From the human T2T-CHM13v2.0 reference genome, Homo sapiens: 64,000 nucleotides of DNA. This document shows positions 13,734-27,659 of the stretch, piece after piece; the stretch's first letter is position 1, and every line of letters starts with the position of its first letter. The position numbers and the translations under genes were made by a program. The notes beneath the pieces were generated by a model. The model was not told the DNA's origin and ran no database searches. It saw only the letters and a program-made list of their open reading frames with translations. The DNA lies in the NCBI RefSeq assembly GCF_009914755.1, contig NC_060932.1. One strand, 5' to 3'.

Positions 13734-14639
13734 TACATAGTAAAGGCTGAATGGATAGCATTCTGCTAGGCAGTTTAAGGGAGCATTATAAGAACTCTTC
13801 TTTGGTCCCAAGAAGTATATCACCAGCTATCTATTTTTTACCCTGAAAAAAGGGGACTGCAGATACCAATAACAGACTTATTCTATATTTTTCTTATTTA
13901 ACTTTAGAATAAAATATGTCTTAGCCCTTTCCTTTTCTTTTCTTTTTAGAAGTATCTAAAAATTGTATTACTTAAGGATACTTCCTAAAAAGACTGTAAG
14001 GAAAATCTATTGTTTACCTAGCCTCCTCCTTTTCTTAAACAATTGTTTCTTTCTGTATGCTCCATGTGGTTCTAATAAGAACTGCTACCCTGGCCACAGG
14101 TGATGGGTTCAGATGTAGGGCCGAGCAGAGATGGGTAGGGTTCCACCATGCTTTTCAGATGAGCCTAAAGGAAGGGAGGCATCCCCCTTGCAGTGGCTGT
14201 GTTTCTTGGAATACAGAGGGAGCCAGTCTCAGAATGGAGTCAACTATCCACCCAGAAAGAAAGAGAGAAGTAGACAGAGTGTTGCTCTTATTTGTGGTCT
14301 TGCTTCTAAGAGTGCCTGTGGCAGAGAGTAGAACCCTAACCATACCACACTTGACTATTGAGATTTATGGGATATTCATGAGGAAGCCAACAATAATTCA
14401 AAATGTGATGAGCAAAGAGTTTGGGGCATTTAAAAATTAACCTTTTTTCAATACGGTTAGTTCAATAGGGCGGCTCTCCTTAAAATGTAGTAGTCCTGAG
14501 CAAAATAAAAATTCAGAGATAGTTCAAGAGAGTGCTAGGTGTAAGAGATAAGTTATGATGTGTTGACATAAAGAAGACTTTAGTTGTCACTAGAAATGTT
14601 CCTGTCACAGATTTGCAAAGAAAAGACAAATGATTTGAA

Positions 14640-14880
14640 ACAATGGATTGATCTATTGATCTAGTATCAGACAGACTTTTGTTCAAATCCTGGTTCTGTC
14701 TTTTAATAACTGACCAACTTTGGCCAAGTTACTTGACCTCTATCTTTCCATTTTCTCATTTTAAAAATGAGACAAAAGTACTACCCAACTTGTAGAGTTA
14801 TTTTGAGGATTAAAAATGACACAACCCTCAGGAGAGTGTGGGGCACGTAGTAAATGTTAAATAAATGGTAGCTTATTAGA
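14640..14880 (+). mobile_element. MIR, near full length
   Basis: gttcaaatcctggttctg, ttggccaagttacttgacctct, ctcattttaaaaatgag, tgaggattaaa, ggcacgtagtaaatg. Confidence 0.8.
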
Positions 14881-16639
14881 GGTTTTTATTGATCAACTTC
14901 TCTGTGAGAGATATACAAGAACAAGCTTCTCCAACTCAGTTTTAATCTTTTTAGTGAAGCAATATACAGATATAGTTTAAGCCCTTGTATTTGCCCTCTG
15001 GCTAGAGGGAGGCGTAGCTATAAATTAAAGTAAATATGCTAGTGAGCATGCCACAGCTGAAATCAACTAAGGGGAGACTGCAATGGGGAGATGTAAAGAG
15101 GGTGATGTACCAAGGAGGAAGGAGGTGTTTGCAGTTGATTAATTACACCTTGATGTGACGTCTCCTCTGGTTGTATGAGTTAGGGGTAACTGTGCTAAAG
15201 TGGAGTCTTGTAAGTTAATGTTCTTGAATTTATGTAGATAGCAATTTATGTGGGAACACCAGCTTCTTCACATCAAGAGTCTGAGAGTTACCTCCTGCTT
15301 AATGCTGCTTATTCGTTCAATGAATATGCATTGCTTCCTTATTACAGGTAAGGCATTGTGTCAAGCACCATGATGAAAACAAGCATGATCCTCTGTCCTC
15401 ATGGAGCTTCCATTTAAGTCTCTTTTCTGGGTCCTTCATTATGACTGATACTCATTTCCAGGGAGTTCTCTTCCATGATTCCTATAACTATTTTGTAATT
15501 ATTTATTTCCCAAAGAATACTACATGTTTTTCATATATAGGTAGTTGGGTACTGGCTGTATTTGTATTGTCAAACATTAAATACAATGGAACAACTATCA
15601 TTTCCATCGGAGCTGCTTGTATCTGGTCTCCATTATCCCTCAGCCGCCTTCCTAATAACCTGGAAAATGGCATGGCCCTTTTGTGATGCAGATTTTGATA
15701 TCACCTCTTGCTGTCAACGCTTCCAAACACCACGTGACACTTGCCACTTATCTTCAGTGGTTTCTGCTACTGAGCTTACTAGTGACTACATCAAAGTTTA
15801 TCACTTCCAAAATGCTTTTTTTTCGTATCTGCTCTCAACTCCACCAGAAGTTCCTAGCTATATATCATCACAATTTTTTTCTTTTATTCTTTTTTCAAAA
15901 AGAGATATATTCAGCATATTTCCAAAATAACATATTCAAAGGAGGCACTGCAGAGACAAATCAAGAGACTGGAGATTTTTATGGCAAATTTGAAATGCTA
16001 AAAATATTATTTTGAATTGGTAGCACAGTCTCCAAATTACTAACAATGTAATAGAATTTATACGCAAAAAAATTGCCGTGGGGAAGACGGAAACTATACT
16101 GTCATTTCTATTTTGAAAATAAGAAATTGACACATCCCAGTTACAATCATATAATAAATCAGTAGTGGTGTCAAGAAGAGAATCTAGTGAGGATTTCTAG
16201 TCAAATGTGCCATCTACTTCATCATAATGAAATTGAAATATATGAATATAATAATCTTGTCAATTCAATGAATCACTTACTTCATTATCTGGTTCTACCT
16301 CCCGTGACCTATGTAGGCTATTAAGTCACGACTAAATAATGAGTCACCCTCTGAACTTTAGAATAACTTATGTATAAATTAGACTTTGCTTTGCCTCAAA
16401 CTTACCTTACTCATGGCCAGTAAGGACACACACAGAAACAGGTGGTTGTATATATGCACACACATATGCACATGCACAAAGGTACATGCACACATGAAAG
16501 ATAAAGTTGAAAAAAAGGCTAAAAACATTACCATTCAAAGGACCAAAATTGTCTTTTATGGTGAAAATAATCTTATTTCTCTCCCAAGCATATTCAAATT
16601 CCAGAAGAAAAAATAGCCTGGAAGAGAAAAAAAGCAGTT

Positions 16640-16870
16640 TATTAAGTACTAACTATATTCCAGTACTTCAGCTAGCCTTGTTATATGGCTCTTTATATTT
16701 TAGTCTTTCAACACATTTTGTGGTGGCTATCATATTCATGATACATAGGAACTTACAAGGCTTGGAAGGTTACTGGTTGCTAAAATTCATGTAGCTAGTG
16801 AATAATAATCCAGAATGCAAACCTCAGGTCTATCTGGGCCCCAAAACCCATGTGTTCCCATTTATACCAT
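16640..16870 (-). mobile_element. MIR, degenerate
   Basis: tttattaagtactaactat...gtagctagtgaat...gcaaacctcaggtctatctgg. Confidence 0.55.
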
Positions 16871-18499
16871 ATTGTATAATGACTGACTAACAACCATTTA
16901 GAGATAAAATTATAGAGTTTGTTGTTGTCATTCAACAGGCTGGGATTGACTATTAGATTAAAATCTCTTTCAGAAATATTTTACATTGTATTTCTAGTAG
17001 TGTATCTACAATGTGACATTCAATACAAAATTCTCTGGGAATTTTTTGAGGCTTTTTCTTTAATCTTTGGCCTTTCCACTGTTGGTGAAAAGTTGTAAAT
17101 TTCATTATTTTCCATTTATTTTATGCTTAAAGACCATTGAGGAAGCTTTACCTACATATTTTATTATTTAGATTCTCATTTTGTATATTCTCCACCGAGA
17201 CTTTAAATTATAATATAACATTTTTATAGTAATTAGTAAATGACTAAAAATATGGAACTAATTTGAAGTTTTAATAAATGTACTAGTATCATTTCTTCTG
17301 ATCCCTTTGCTAATCTTGTCCTTTTCTCTCTCATCTGTCAAACATGAATATCTCTTATTCCAAGTCTGAAGTATGATTAAGAGATATTATTGTTTCCACC
17401 TGTATAGTAAAAAAGTAATGGATCAGGTAGGATGGGTTAATCAACTCAAGCTTTGCTCAAAGGAGTTAAAAATATTCTAGACACCATTCAATTCCATTTT
17501 GCCCACTTTCTCAGATGCTCTATATGTGAATATATTCATTTCATTTTGAAATCATTTCATGACTTTTATATATCAAATTTCAATAGCTGGATTTTCAGAG
17601 AGCCCCACCCCATAGTACCATGCTGGCATGGTTGGTTCAGGGCCAAATGGGGTGCTGGAAAGAGAGAAGCCATAGAAAAGTGTTGCCTCCTGGGCATTTC
17701 AATCAGATACAACTGAAATATCCAATATTTCAGGAAAGATGCTGTGTGAGCAAGGCTGGGTATATATTAGGACTTCCCTTCAGATCCATGCATTCTCTTC
17801 TACCATGTCTAGTGTACACTATGTTCTTCTATAATTATAAATGTATGTTTCCCATTACCACAAAGACTTCTTATTGCTTGAAGGAAATGCAACTTCAAAG
17901 AGCTTAAATTGTGAAGGGCAGGCCTCCTTCTGAGAGCTACCATGGCTTGGGGGCGATTCCTCCTTTAACTCATCCACAGTAATACCACTGGCCAGCTTGG
18001 CTGGCTGCATATTACCCTGTCTAGATCTGCCTGGGGCTTTGGTGGCTTCAGCTTTTGAAAAGAACATCTTTGAATTTTTGATAATGTAAATCTCAATATT
18101 GTCTTTTCAAGAATATTCTGTGCAGCATGCTCCCTTTCTGTCTTAAAAGGTGGAAAGGGTTCCAGTCTTTCGTGATTCTAAACCTCACACACAAAGGATT
18201 TTTTGAAGAAAACTGGCACTTTGATTGTAGGGTAAACTTCACATGGAGACTGAGTTTCAGTGTTAAGTGGCTGAGAGTCAACAGTAAAGTGACATGCAAA
18301 AGAAGAAAGGATACTGAAATAAAAGTTAAAAATGTGATAATCTAAAAAAACATGGAACGTACTTTATGACAGAGCAGTTTGGGAGAAAACTATGCTCTAT
18401 TTTTAACCATCTCTTTTTTTAAACCCTAACAATTACATTTTTTGAAAGTGTCTCCAGGATAGCAGCTTCCAAGAATGGAGTCATGTTAGTCAAGAATTA

Positions 18500-18740
18500 G
18501 AACAGTCGACACAACCTGTGTCAGACTCTGTGCTGAGCTCTTTTCAAGGCAATCTCATGTAATTCCTTCAATTAACCTATGACATTGCTAGTATTATCCC
18601 ATTTTACCTATGAGGAATATGAGGTACTTAAAGACTGAGAAACTTGCCTCAGATCACGCAGCTGAAATGCTATAAACTAAGTTTGGAAAGCAAACCATGG
18701 GACTTTCTAACTTGTGCCTGTTATGTTTACGCTATGCTCT
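18500..18740 (-). mobile_element. MIR
   Basis: attatcccattttacctatgaggaatatgagg; aacttgcctcagatcacgcagct. Confidence 0.75.
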
Positions 18741-18949
18741 CATAAATATTTCTTGTTTGGGGATAATCTTTTAGGTGGCTTTGAAGATACAGAACACAAA
18801 AACCAGAATTTGTCTCTACTAATCCTTGTTGGTGTCTAACCTAAAAAAATAACCACATAAGTGTGCCCTCACAGCAATATATCAGTAGAACTCATTTATA
18901 ATCCTAAAAAAAAATCATTCTTAAAAGAAGAGAATAAAAATAGGGTAGG

Positions 18950-19560
18950 CGCCATGTAATGAGTATTTACCATGTTAGTAGGTAGTGGGCTAGGTGCTTC
19001 ACAGAAATGTTCTCATTTAATCCTCTCATGATTCTATCAGGCCAGAATTATTATTCCCATTTCCAATACGTGGTGATTTGGGCTTAAAGAATTGTGTAAC
19101 TGGCCAGGTGAGGTGTGTCACGCTTTTAATCCCAAAATGTTGGGAGGCCAAAGTGGATTGCTTGAGCTTAGGAGTTTGAGACCAGGCTGGGCAACAGGGT
19201 GAGACCCAATTTCTACAAAAGATATAAAAATTAGCCAGGCATGGTGGCACAAACCTATAGTCCCAGATACCTGGAAGGCTAAGGTGGGAGGATCATGTAA
19301 GCCCCAGAAGGTCAAGGCTGCAGTAAGAGGTGATCATGCCACTGTGCTCCAGCATGGGTGACAGAGCAAGACCCTGTCCCACACACAAAAAGGAAAGGAA
19401 AGGAAAGAAAGGAAGGGAAAGGGGAAAAGAAAGAAAAGAGGGAGGGAGGGAGGGAAGGACGGAGGAAGGAAGGAAGAAAAAGAAAGTGATACGGGATGGG
19501 GCAAGAAATAGAATTGAAGCATGACTGTCTGATTCCAAATTTCATTCTCTCAAATATAGT
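18950..19560 (-). mobile_element. MIR split by an AluJ insertion
   Basis: ctcatttaatcctc...attattcccattt before the Alu; aattgaagcatgactgtctgattccaaa after it. Confidence 0.6.
19102..19485 (+). mobile_element. AluJ (Jo-like) with a tail converted to GA-rich simple repeat
   Basis: ggattgcttgagcttaggagtttgagacc, ggtcaaggctgcagt, agcaagaccctgtc; purine tract at 19387-19485. Confidence 0.92.
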
Positions 19561-21499
19561 ACTAAATTGCCTTTACACAAACAAAGACATAAACATAAAC
19601 AGATCCATTTATCAATCATAGACATTGTATCAGGTATGCTACTAGGAAGTTTTCATATATTATTTCTTAATCTTACTTGTTAAGGGACATGTTAATCTTA
19701 CGTGTCACTCTTACCAGCTTTCAATGTATCAGTTTTTCAGATAAAAGGTATTCCTCAATTACCCTATTTTTTTTTCACATGATGTTTGGAGGAGATAAAA
19801 GATAAGTTCCGGGGAACATAGAAAAACTTCAATGAAGATCTAATGGGTGCCAGTTCCCCCTTATCCATTACATAACACCAATAAAGCAGGAGAGAACTCT
19901 GAAATGCCACATCTATGAGAAACTAATCTAAACTTTATACTATGCAAGAAAAAAATGTTTCGCAGCCTTCTTTGATAATTCCAATTTTCACACACTAACC
20001 CTCAGTGTTAGAAGGTCATGCTGAAACTTTAATGTAGGTACATTTCTCTTTTTACACCTCTTATAACCATAGCAACTTTTCCCTAAGTTTCCCAAGTTTT
20101 CCCCAATTATTGAAGGAACTACTTTTCTCAAGAGTAGTTGTAATAATAATGAATTTTTATTATCCTTGTACTGTTCAAAATACCATTTTTCACAACATGG
20201 CTGAAAGACAGTATTACCTCTTCTGCTTCAGTAATACACTTTCTTCTGAACTGGTTTTAGTATAAATGACTTTTATGATCTTATACTATGGCATTGGTTA
20301 AGGATTAGAAAATTTTATTTACCTCACCACTGAATCTGCAATGTCCACATAAGTAGACTCATTTCTTTATAGCATCAAATGTTTTTTTAGATACTGATTC
20401 TGATATGTTCTTATTGATGACTCTGCTCATCAAACACAAATGCAAGAAGAAATGCAAAAAATTACCAAGTTATTTTTCTAACTCTGTGTAGCCTAAGAAA
20501 GATGAAAGCCACATTGTGATTTACAGGAAGGGCATCCCTCAATGTTTCAGAGATATTTATCATTTACCAAGCGTTACAACCCACCAGTGACTATGGTGAC
20601 CCGTGCTCTAAAAAGGCAAAGAATAAAATGGTAGAAATGAAGATAGATGGAATCAATCAGGAAGTCAAATAAAATCTGGGAAATCAAACACAGCCCCGAT
20701 ATGGCAGCTGCCCCCAGATCAAATGCAAGGGTTAAAAAACCCAAGCTCCCACATGTGGGTGTGTGCTTTGAACCAGCCATCAATGTCAAAGACAGTATCC
20801 TGAGTCATTTTATCTCAGTGATTCATAAGCAGGTCTGGGCCATCCCATTGAGGCTTTGATTGCTCGATGTGGAAAATGAGATAATGAACCTCAAAGCAGC
20901 CTGAGATCTAGCTTTGGCTTTACTCTAACCCTGGCTTAGATTCTGGTTTGTTTATGATAACTTGCCCATCCAGAAATGCTGAGGACAGGACTGCCAAGCC
21001 CTGCCACACTTACCCTGGATATTGAGTGGTTTGACCACCATCTGCAGGCTTAAATAGACCTCTCACCCTGCCCATGCCTGGGGCCAATTTTTATTTGAGG
21101 CAGGCTGAATTTAAGAATCATCACTAACATTGTCAGACTTAGCATCAAGTCTCTCTTCCTGCCAGTTTAGCCTTGACCTTGAGAGAGAGGCTTTTCCTTT
21201 GTTTCTGAGTTTCACTTTCCTACATCGTCACCCAATTCAGTTGATTAGGTCTCTGTATTTTCTATGCCTGAGTCTCACCTTGCATAACCTTTCCAATCCC
21301 CCAAGATCTATAAAACTAAGAATTCCTTTAAATTTTCTGATACTAGAGTTACGCTCTTAAATACCATTAGGCACTATGGGCCTGCACCTGCCTGAGCAGT
21401 GCTATGTGCCCAGTCACTTCTGGATGCCTCTCCCAACCTCCTGATAGTACTTGCCTTATTGGCCTCATTGCACAGGTGTCTATGAGTAATAGCACATGT

Positions 21500-21695
21500 T
21501 CTGGATTTACTTTATCTGGGCTTATAGCGCCACCATTTTCAAGCAGGTGACATGATCAAGTTAGTTTCCTTTCATTGACTCAGCATCTTTGCCTAAAAAT
21601 GAAGGTGAAAATGAGTGTGACCATCTCATAAAGCTGTTGTGTTAATATATGCAAAGTACATATATTATGCAATATGTACTCAGTAAATGTTCGTT
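21500..21695 (+). mobile_element. MIR, degenerate
   Basis: caagttagtttcc...ctcagcatc...ctcataaagctgttgtg...gtactcagtaaatgtt. Confidence 0.55.
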
Positions 21696-23043
21696 ATTTC
21701 ACTTTAGAAGCCATGCTAGAAATGAATCTAAAATTTTATTTTTATTTAAGTATTCCATAATGTCAGATGTTGTTGGGTTGTTATTTTTCTTTCATATGCC
21801 ATGTACTTTCTTCCAAATTTTACTTCCTTCTAGGCTTGACACTTCTGTATTTAGGTCAGGTTCCAAGTCCCTCCTCTTCTGTGCCTGTCTCACTCTGCTG
21901 TAATTAATGTGGTCATGTTAAGCATGATCTTGAGAATTGAAGAGATTAGGCCTAGAAGAGAGGAAGGAGAATATTCTAGGGTTGACGAAACTGGATTTAC
22001 TGTATACCTATAGGATTCCGAAATGGAGAAATTATGGTAACAATGAGCTGAAGGCAGGTTTTGCCAAAGTTGCCTGAAAATAGTTTCTCTTCTACTATTC
22101 AGCCCAATGTGCTCCTATCTACTATCAGCAGACGGGTAGAAGGGAGAGGAATCATATACCATTTCTCCATATTTTCCAAGAAAACTTTTATCTCCAGACA
22201 TACTTCCTTCCCTCAAGTTCAGCCAAAAATAGCAGATAAAATGACTGCATCATGATTCTTAACAGCCCATCAAAGAAAAGTTACTGCATCACTTCTTAGG
22301 CATTGGTTTTCAAACCAGTAATACACTAATTCTGGTAGACTCTATGGAACAGGAAATTATATTTTCTTAATGCTGTTTTTGCTTCAAAAATAGTTGCCAT
22401 TCTTATCTGCTGACATAGGAATAAATGTGTAGAAACAAAGTCAAGAAAACTTATGTGCAATTTCCATTAATAGGCTCTCCATAGCAGGGAAGAAAGGACC
22501 AAAGCCAAGAACAGCCATCAATATATTTTTCAGTGATGCTGAATCAGGAATTGGTAATATGAGAGGTTTACTTAGCTTAATTTTTAATTGAGGATTATGA
22601 TATTGTGGTTCATTTGGAGAAAGCTTACAGATTTCTTTTTTATTAATCTTAATATCTGTTTTTCCCCATCTTACACTCTCTGCTTATTTTCTTTAATGTC
22701 CAAATATTCTTTCCTCCAATCCAAAACTCAATTATTGATTGGAGCTGGATTCATCTGTCTGATATAGTGAAGGCTGCTTCTTCTGAACAGAAAAGAAAAA
22801 TGGGGATAAATACACATCTTTACTACTTATACTGTATTGAAATTACAAAACCATTATAGATGCCATTAGAATATACTTCCCCAATTTTATTAAACTCCAG
22901 TAAGTGGTGGGCAAACTGTCCAGGGAATTGGTGGACAGAAGAGCATTATCATAATTTGATTACTGAGCACAGGATGTGTAATAACAATGACAGAATAAAA
23001 GAAATTGCAGCTACAAGGACATTGTTAAAAAATCAAGGTGCTC

Positions 23044-23261
23044 AATAGGGAAACTATAGTTAACAATAATTTATTGCATATTTAAAAATAACTAAAAGGA
23101 TGGGATTGAAGTGTTAACACAAAGAACTGATAAATGCTTGAAGTGATGAATACCCAATTACCCTGATTTTATCATTATACATTGTATCTTGTATCAAAAC
23201 ATCACTTACTTTCCATAAATATGTATAACTATTACATATCCATAATAATTAAAAATAAAAA
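23044..23261 (+). mobile_element. L1MA 3' terminal fragment
   Basis: actatagttaacaataatttattg, gataaatgcttgaagtgatg, taccctgattttatcattatacattgt, ending taattaaaaataaaaa. Confidence 0.88.
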
Positions 23262-26200
23262 GCAGAGCAAATGATAATAATGCTTAAATATGCCTTATAG
23301 AAGATAACCAGTTTTTTTTTTTTCTGGAAAAGGCAAAACTTGAAGGAATGTTTTCCTTCAAGTCAGACTGATTCCAGCATTAAACTTTTAACTATCAAGC
23401 ATATACTGTCACTGTAACATTGACCTGCATATTGAAACCTGTCATGATCTAATTTTGAAACGTAGTTTTGAAAAAGTGATAATCGATAATCTTTTCTATC
23501 CAATGTCCACACTTAAGTCCAATTTGTAAATCCATTTTGGTTTTACAGTGTTTATTTTTTCCATTGTCAAGTCAAATCCTGTCAAGGACATTGTCATTGA
23601 ATCAACTGCTTTGAGTCTATCATCATTACATATTTGAAGTGTAAGTCAGCTGGATACCGAGAAGATAGATATGTCATGGACAGTTCAATTGCAAGGACAC
23701 AGAAACCTTAGGCACCAAGCTCAAAGCCTTTGGTTAAGAATAACCAGTCCGTTCCTTATAGCTACACCCAGGTTGCTCTGTCTACTTCTTTTACTTCCCT
23801 GTGCAACATGCCTAAACCACACCAACTCAGATTATAAATATTTTTCAGATAAATACCTGGCAGCTGCATAAGCAGGGCTGGCGTGAGAAAATTATGAAGT
23901 AGGTCAACTTCATCTTTGATCCCCACCCAGCCTTTTTCTCAGCACCATTGTCCATGGCCCATTTCAGGTTCTATTTCCTTCCTTCCTACCCCAAGGACTG
24001 ATGCTTAATGCTTGAGATACTTGAGACAGCCTCGCCTTTGCTCTCCTTCCGCCTCGTACCTCACATGTGAGACTTTACTCTTAGGAGCGTACTCTGTTAT
24101 TCACCTTATCCTCAACTCATTCCAACACCAATGTCTTTCTGAGCTCTTTTTCATGTTGGCTGTACTCTTAGGCAAGGTGTTTCTAAAGTGGACAATTTCA
24201 CCCAGAAGCTTCAGACTAAAATATTTGCAGCCACTATCCCCGAAGAAAGGAGATACTCTCTTCAGAAGAGTCTATCTATCAAATAACTCAATGTCTGTAA
24301 CATGCCTATTTCTGATCCAAACCTACTGGTCAGGGTATTGGAGAACTCCAGTTTGTCAGCCCTAGGTGCCATTCCCCAGCAGGGAATGGGTAACCTGTAG
24401 TGTTAGAGTCACCTGAAGTACACAGAATAAGTGTTATAATAAAAACAGACTTCCATTTCTAAAGTAAGAATTAATGTTACCATAAAGAACAAAAACTTAG
24501 TCCTATTTTGCATATTCTTAATTATTTTTCTTACTTTTTGGGACCCTGTCTTTTTTTTTTCTCTTACTTCATAGCATCTATATTGAACATGAATTTTTAA
24601 TCAAGGATAGGTCACTTTTAATAAAAGAGAACCAGTAAGTGTTTTAATTTGCCGTATGTCTTCCCTTCCATTTGGGTTATGGGCTTTCTTTTAGAGAGAT
24701 AATGTCAGATCGTGCCTTTATCTTATTCTATTGATAAATAATTCTATTTTATTCATGAAAACTTAAATTTCTCATTTCACGTATAGGACTACATATTTTA
24801 AAATATTTGGAAGGCCAGACTGATAATTTCTGCTTAACATTTGTAAATATTAAATTAAGGCAACTGAAGTTGCTGACATTTGACTTTTTGTTTTACATAA
24901 ATGGCAGTTTCTTATGGTTCAGCCTTTATATATTTGCCATATCCTTAGATATATAGGTATATCTTTTATATGCTCCATATGTTATATTCATTAAATTCTT
25001 ACAGTTTTTTTTGTGGAAGGAATAAATTAATCAGGTTTAAGTGACTGTTGGTTTGATGATGAGTCACTTGTTAATCAATTCAATGATTAGAGCAGATTAA
25101 ATGATGAGCAATAGAAAAACCTGCACAATAAGAACTGTTGTTATTCGACCATTGCAGATGATCAAAATAGGATTTAGCACTAGGGGCTTCTTCCTCTCTC
25201 TCCCCTAACAGCAAGATGAGAGCAATCATTTAATAACTTAATTTATCACTCAACACTTTATTACAATAATCAAAATTAAACAACTCTACGTTATGCTCGA
25301 CTATATCAGTCAAGGCAAGTGATTTTCTGAAATTTTTGACACAGGTGTTTTCTGTAACTTCTGTAACGTATCTATTTTATTCTCATCTAAGGTAGGCTTT
25401 TTTAGTACAACTTGGCAGAAACAAATATTCCCATCCCCAATGCTCTCAGCTATGAGTTTTGTGCTGAATGGGAATGTTGTAATTGACAAGTGGCATATGC
25501 ATCCACATCGCATGATATTGAGATTTAAAAAGAGACAAAACAATAATACATTTTAAATAATACATTATTTAATTAAGTTTCCTTCAATAATGTTAGTAAA
25601 TTCAGCCCTCTACCATTACTCAACAGCATTTGAAGCTGCCTGAATATTCCACACATTTCTCAGGAGACAGGTTTCACATATTTCTTGAGTGACATGCTAT
25701 GTACATTAAAGGCTAGAGGCATGTTAATATACAAAGGTATGTATAAATCTTCAGTTATGGAACAATAGGTTACTTAATAAGCCATAATATTTTCTGAGCT
25801 CATATAGACTTCTGTTTGACGTGGGGGAGAGAAATAATTGTTTTAATAAAATGTTAGGCAATAATGCTAGCAGTGAAGCTAATGGTAAAGTTCAAAATTT
25901 CAAAAAGAAATAGCATTTGTATTTTGACCAGATCATATGTCACATAGCATTCACAATATTTTTTAAAATATGAGTTGTTTCAAACTACAAATAGTGAAAT
26001 TATACTTTTAAAAAAATGAGATGTTTTATTCTATCAAACCATGGCTTTGTTTTTATGTATAAACTGAGGTTTTTACATAAAAACTCAACAAATATCTTGA
26101 TATCTTGTATCTTGGTAAATATTCAATAACTTACACTTGCCTCTTTCTGAAACTTTAACCTCTGTTGCAGTTCTTTGCTCTGTGTCTTACCCAGAATATG

Positions 26201-26434
26201 TAAGTCAATGAGTGTTGCTATGAAAGAAAAGAGAAAGAAAAGCTTTTCACTTTACAATGCTTGTCAACACACACAAATGAGATATATTCTGGAGTTTTTA
26301 GAGAAAAGGTCATGTAGTCAATTCATGCTTTGGCAGATGACCGTGTTGTTCCTGCCAAACAAAACTATTAATTTATTTGAGTGGAAATGCATCAACATGG
26401 CTAAAGAAAAGTACTTCTACCAGACATGGTGCTA

Positions 26435-26630
26435 TTTATTGTTGTTTTATAAGTACTTACATTACTCTTAATTCGGTGCCAGGCATTGTTCTAACCATCT
26501 TACATATAACAATTCATTTAATACTCATGATCATCCTATGAAGCAGGTCTTGTTTTTGTCTCCATTTTATAAAGGGAGAAGTAAGGCACTGAAAGAGTAA
26601 TTAACTAGACCACAGCGGCACTGGTAGCAA
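26435..26630 (-). mobile_element. MIR
   Basis: gtgccaggcattgttctaa, tcatttaatactca, ctccattttataaagggagaagtaaggcactga. Confidence 0.75.
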
Positions 26631-27019
26631 TATCTGTTGAAGTACTTCGTCAAATCTGTCAAGGCATTTTCTCATTCAAACCTAATGGATCTTCATGTAA
26701 ATCTCTGCTTTCTATTGTCTTTGTCCTGACCTTGAACTTTAGTTCTAACAACTAGATTTTAGGTTTGTGTCCTTGTGTATGAATCCGAAGCACGCTGGTT
26801 GCTTTTGGCCCTTTCCACCAGATTCATCCAAAAAGCTGGATATCTGCTGCTGAACTCTAGACTCAGCTGAAAACCAGGTACCTAATGGGGAACTGGTTTG
26901 GTTATTTCAGCCTATCACTTGGACTTTTAAGCACCATCTATCTCTGAGGGCTTCCTGTTTCCTCCTATCGGTCACTTCCTGTTAGACTCCTATCTTGACA
27001 GCTTACCTAAATTCCCATC

Positions 27020-27560
27020 TTATTTATGTTATTTTTCATTACAAAAACTATAATTAGAATAATGTAAGTAAATAATGTAATCATAATACATTTAAAATAT
27101 TTTACAACATTTGACTAAGATTAGTTTAAATAAATGAAATGTTATAAATTAGAACTCTTTGAATAACATTTCCTAATTTATCTTCCTTCCCTACTGAAAA
27201 TAAACCACTAAGTTGAAATAGATGCATGACATTCCCATGTATATTTTTTTCTAAATATGTTGTATCCACAAGAAAACTCTTGTACTTATTTTGAGGTTGT
27301 TTTAACTGTAAATAAACAGCATTACATTGACATATCATTTGACAACTTGCTTTATTTACTAAACATTATTTTTATTTAACTGCTGATGATTCAATTCCAG
27401 CTCATTCTTGTTAACTGATGTGTAGCACTTATCAGTCAATTATACCGTCACTTACTTATCCATTACAATATTGGTAGGCATTTTGACTATTTCTAAGTGT
27501 CTCTACCAAAAGCCACATTCTAATTAAAAGCTTATATCTACTTGTGCACCTGTAAGATTT
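27020..27560 (-). mobile_element. Old L1ME-type fragment
   Basis: ttgacaacttgctttatttactaaacatta, ctcattcttgttaactgatgtgtagca are antisense L1ME-like. Confidence 0.5.
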
Positions 27561-27659
27561 CTCATCTAGCCTGTTGCCTTCAAACTTTTGCCTTTGTGAC
27601 CCGTAGGATTGTTTAATCCCTTTGAATCTCTTACACATTTTCCAAAACTATACTCTAGA

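Noticed and set aside
17855-18067. Protein-like minus-strand ORF (GITVDELKEESPPSHGSSQKE)
   Set aside because: In-frame stop shortly upstream, no convincing splice-site pair and no recognisable family; tBLASTn or PhyloCSF would be needed
19986-20013. tttcacacactaacc shared with 33805-33819
   Set aside because: A 15-bp exact match is expected about once by chance in 64 kb; the extension needs gaps and there are no insertion hallmarks
26987-26997. Reverse-complement 11-mer match to the L1 transduced tag
   Set aside because: Only 11 nt and not adjacent to an L1 3' end; chance level
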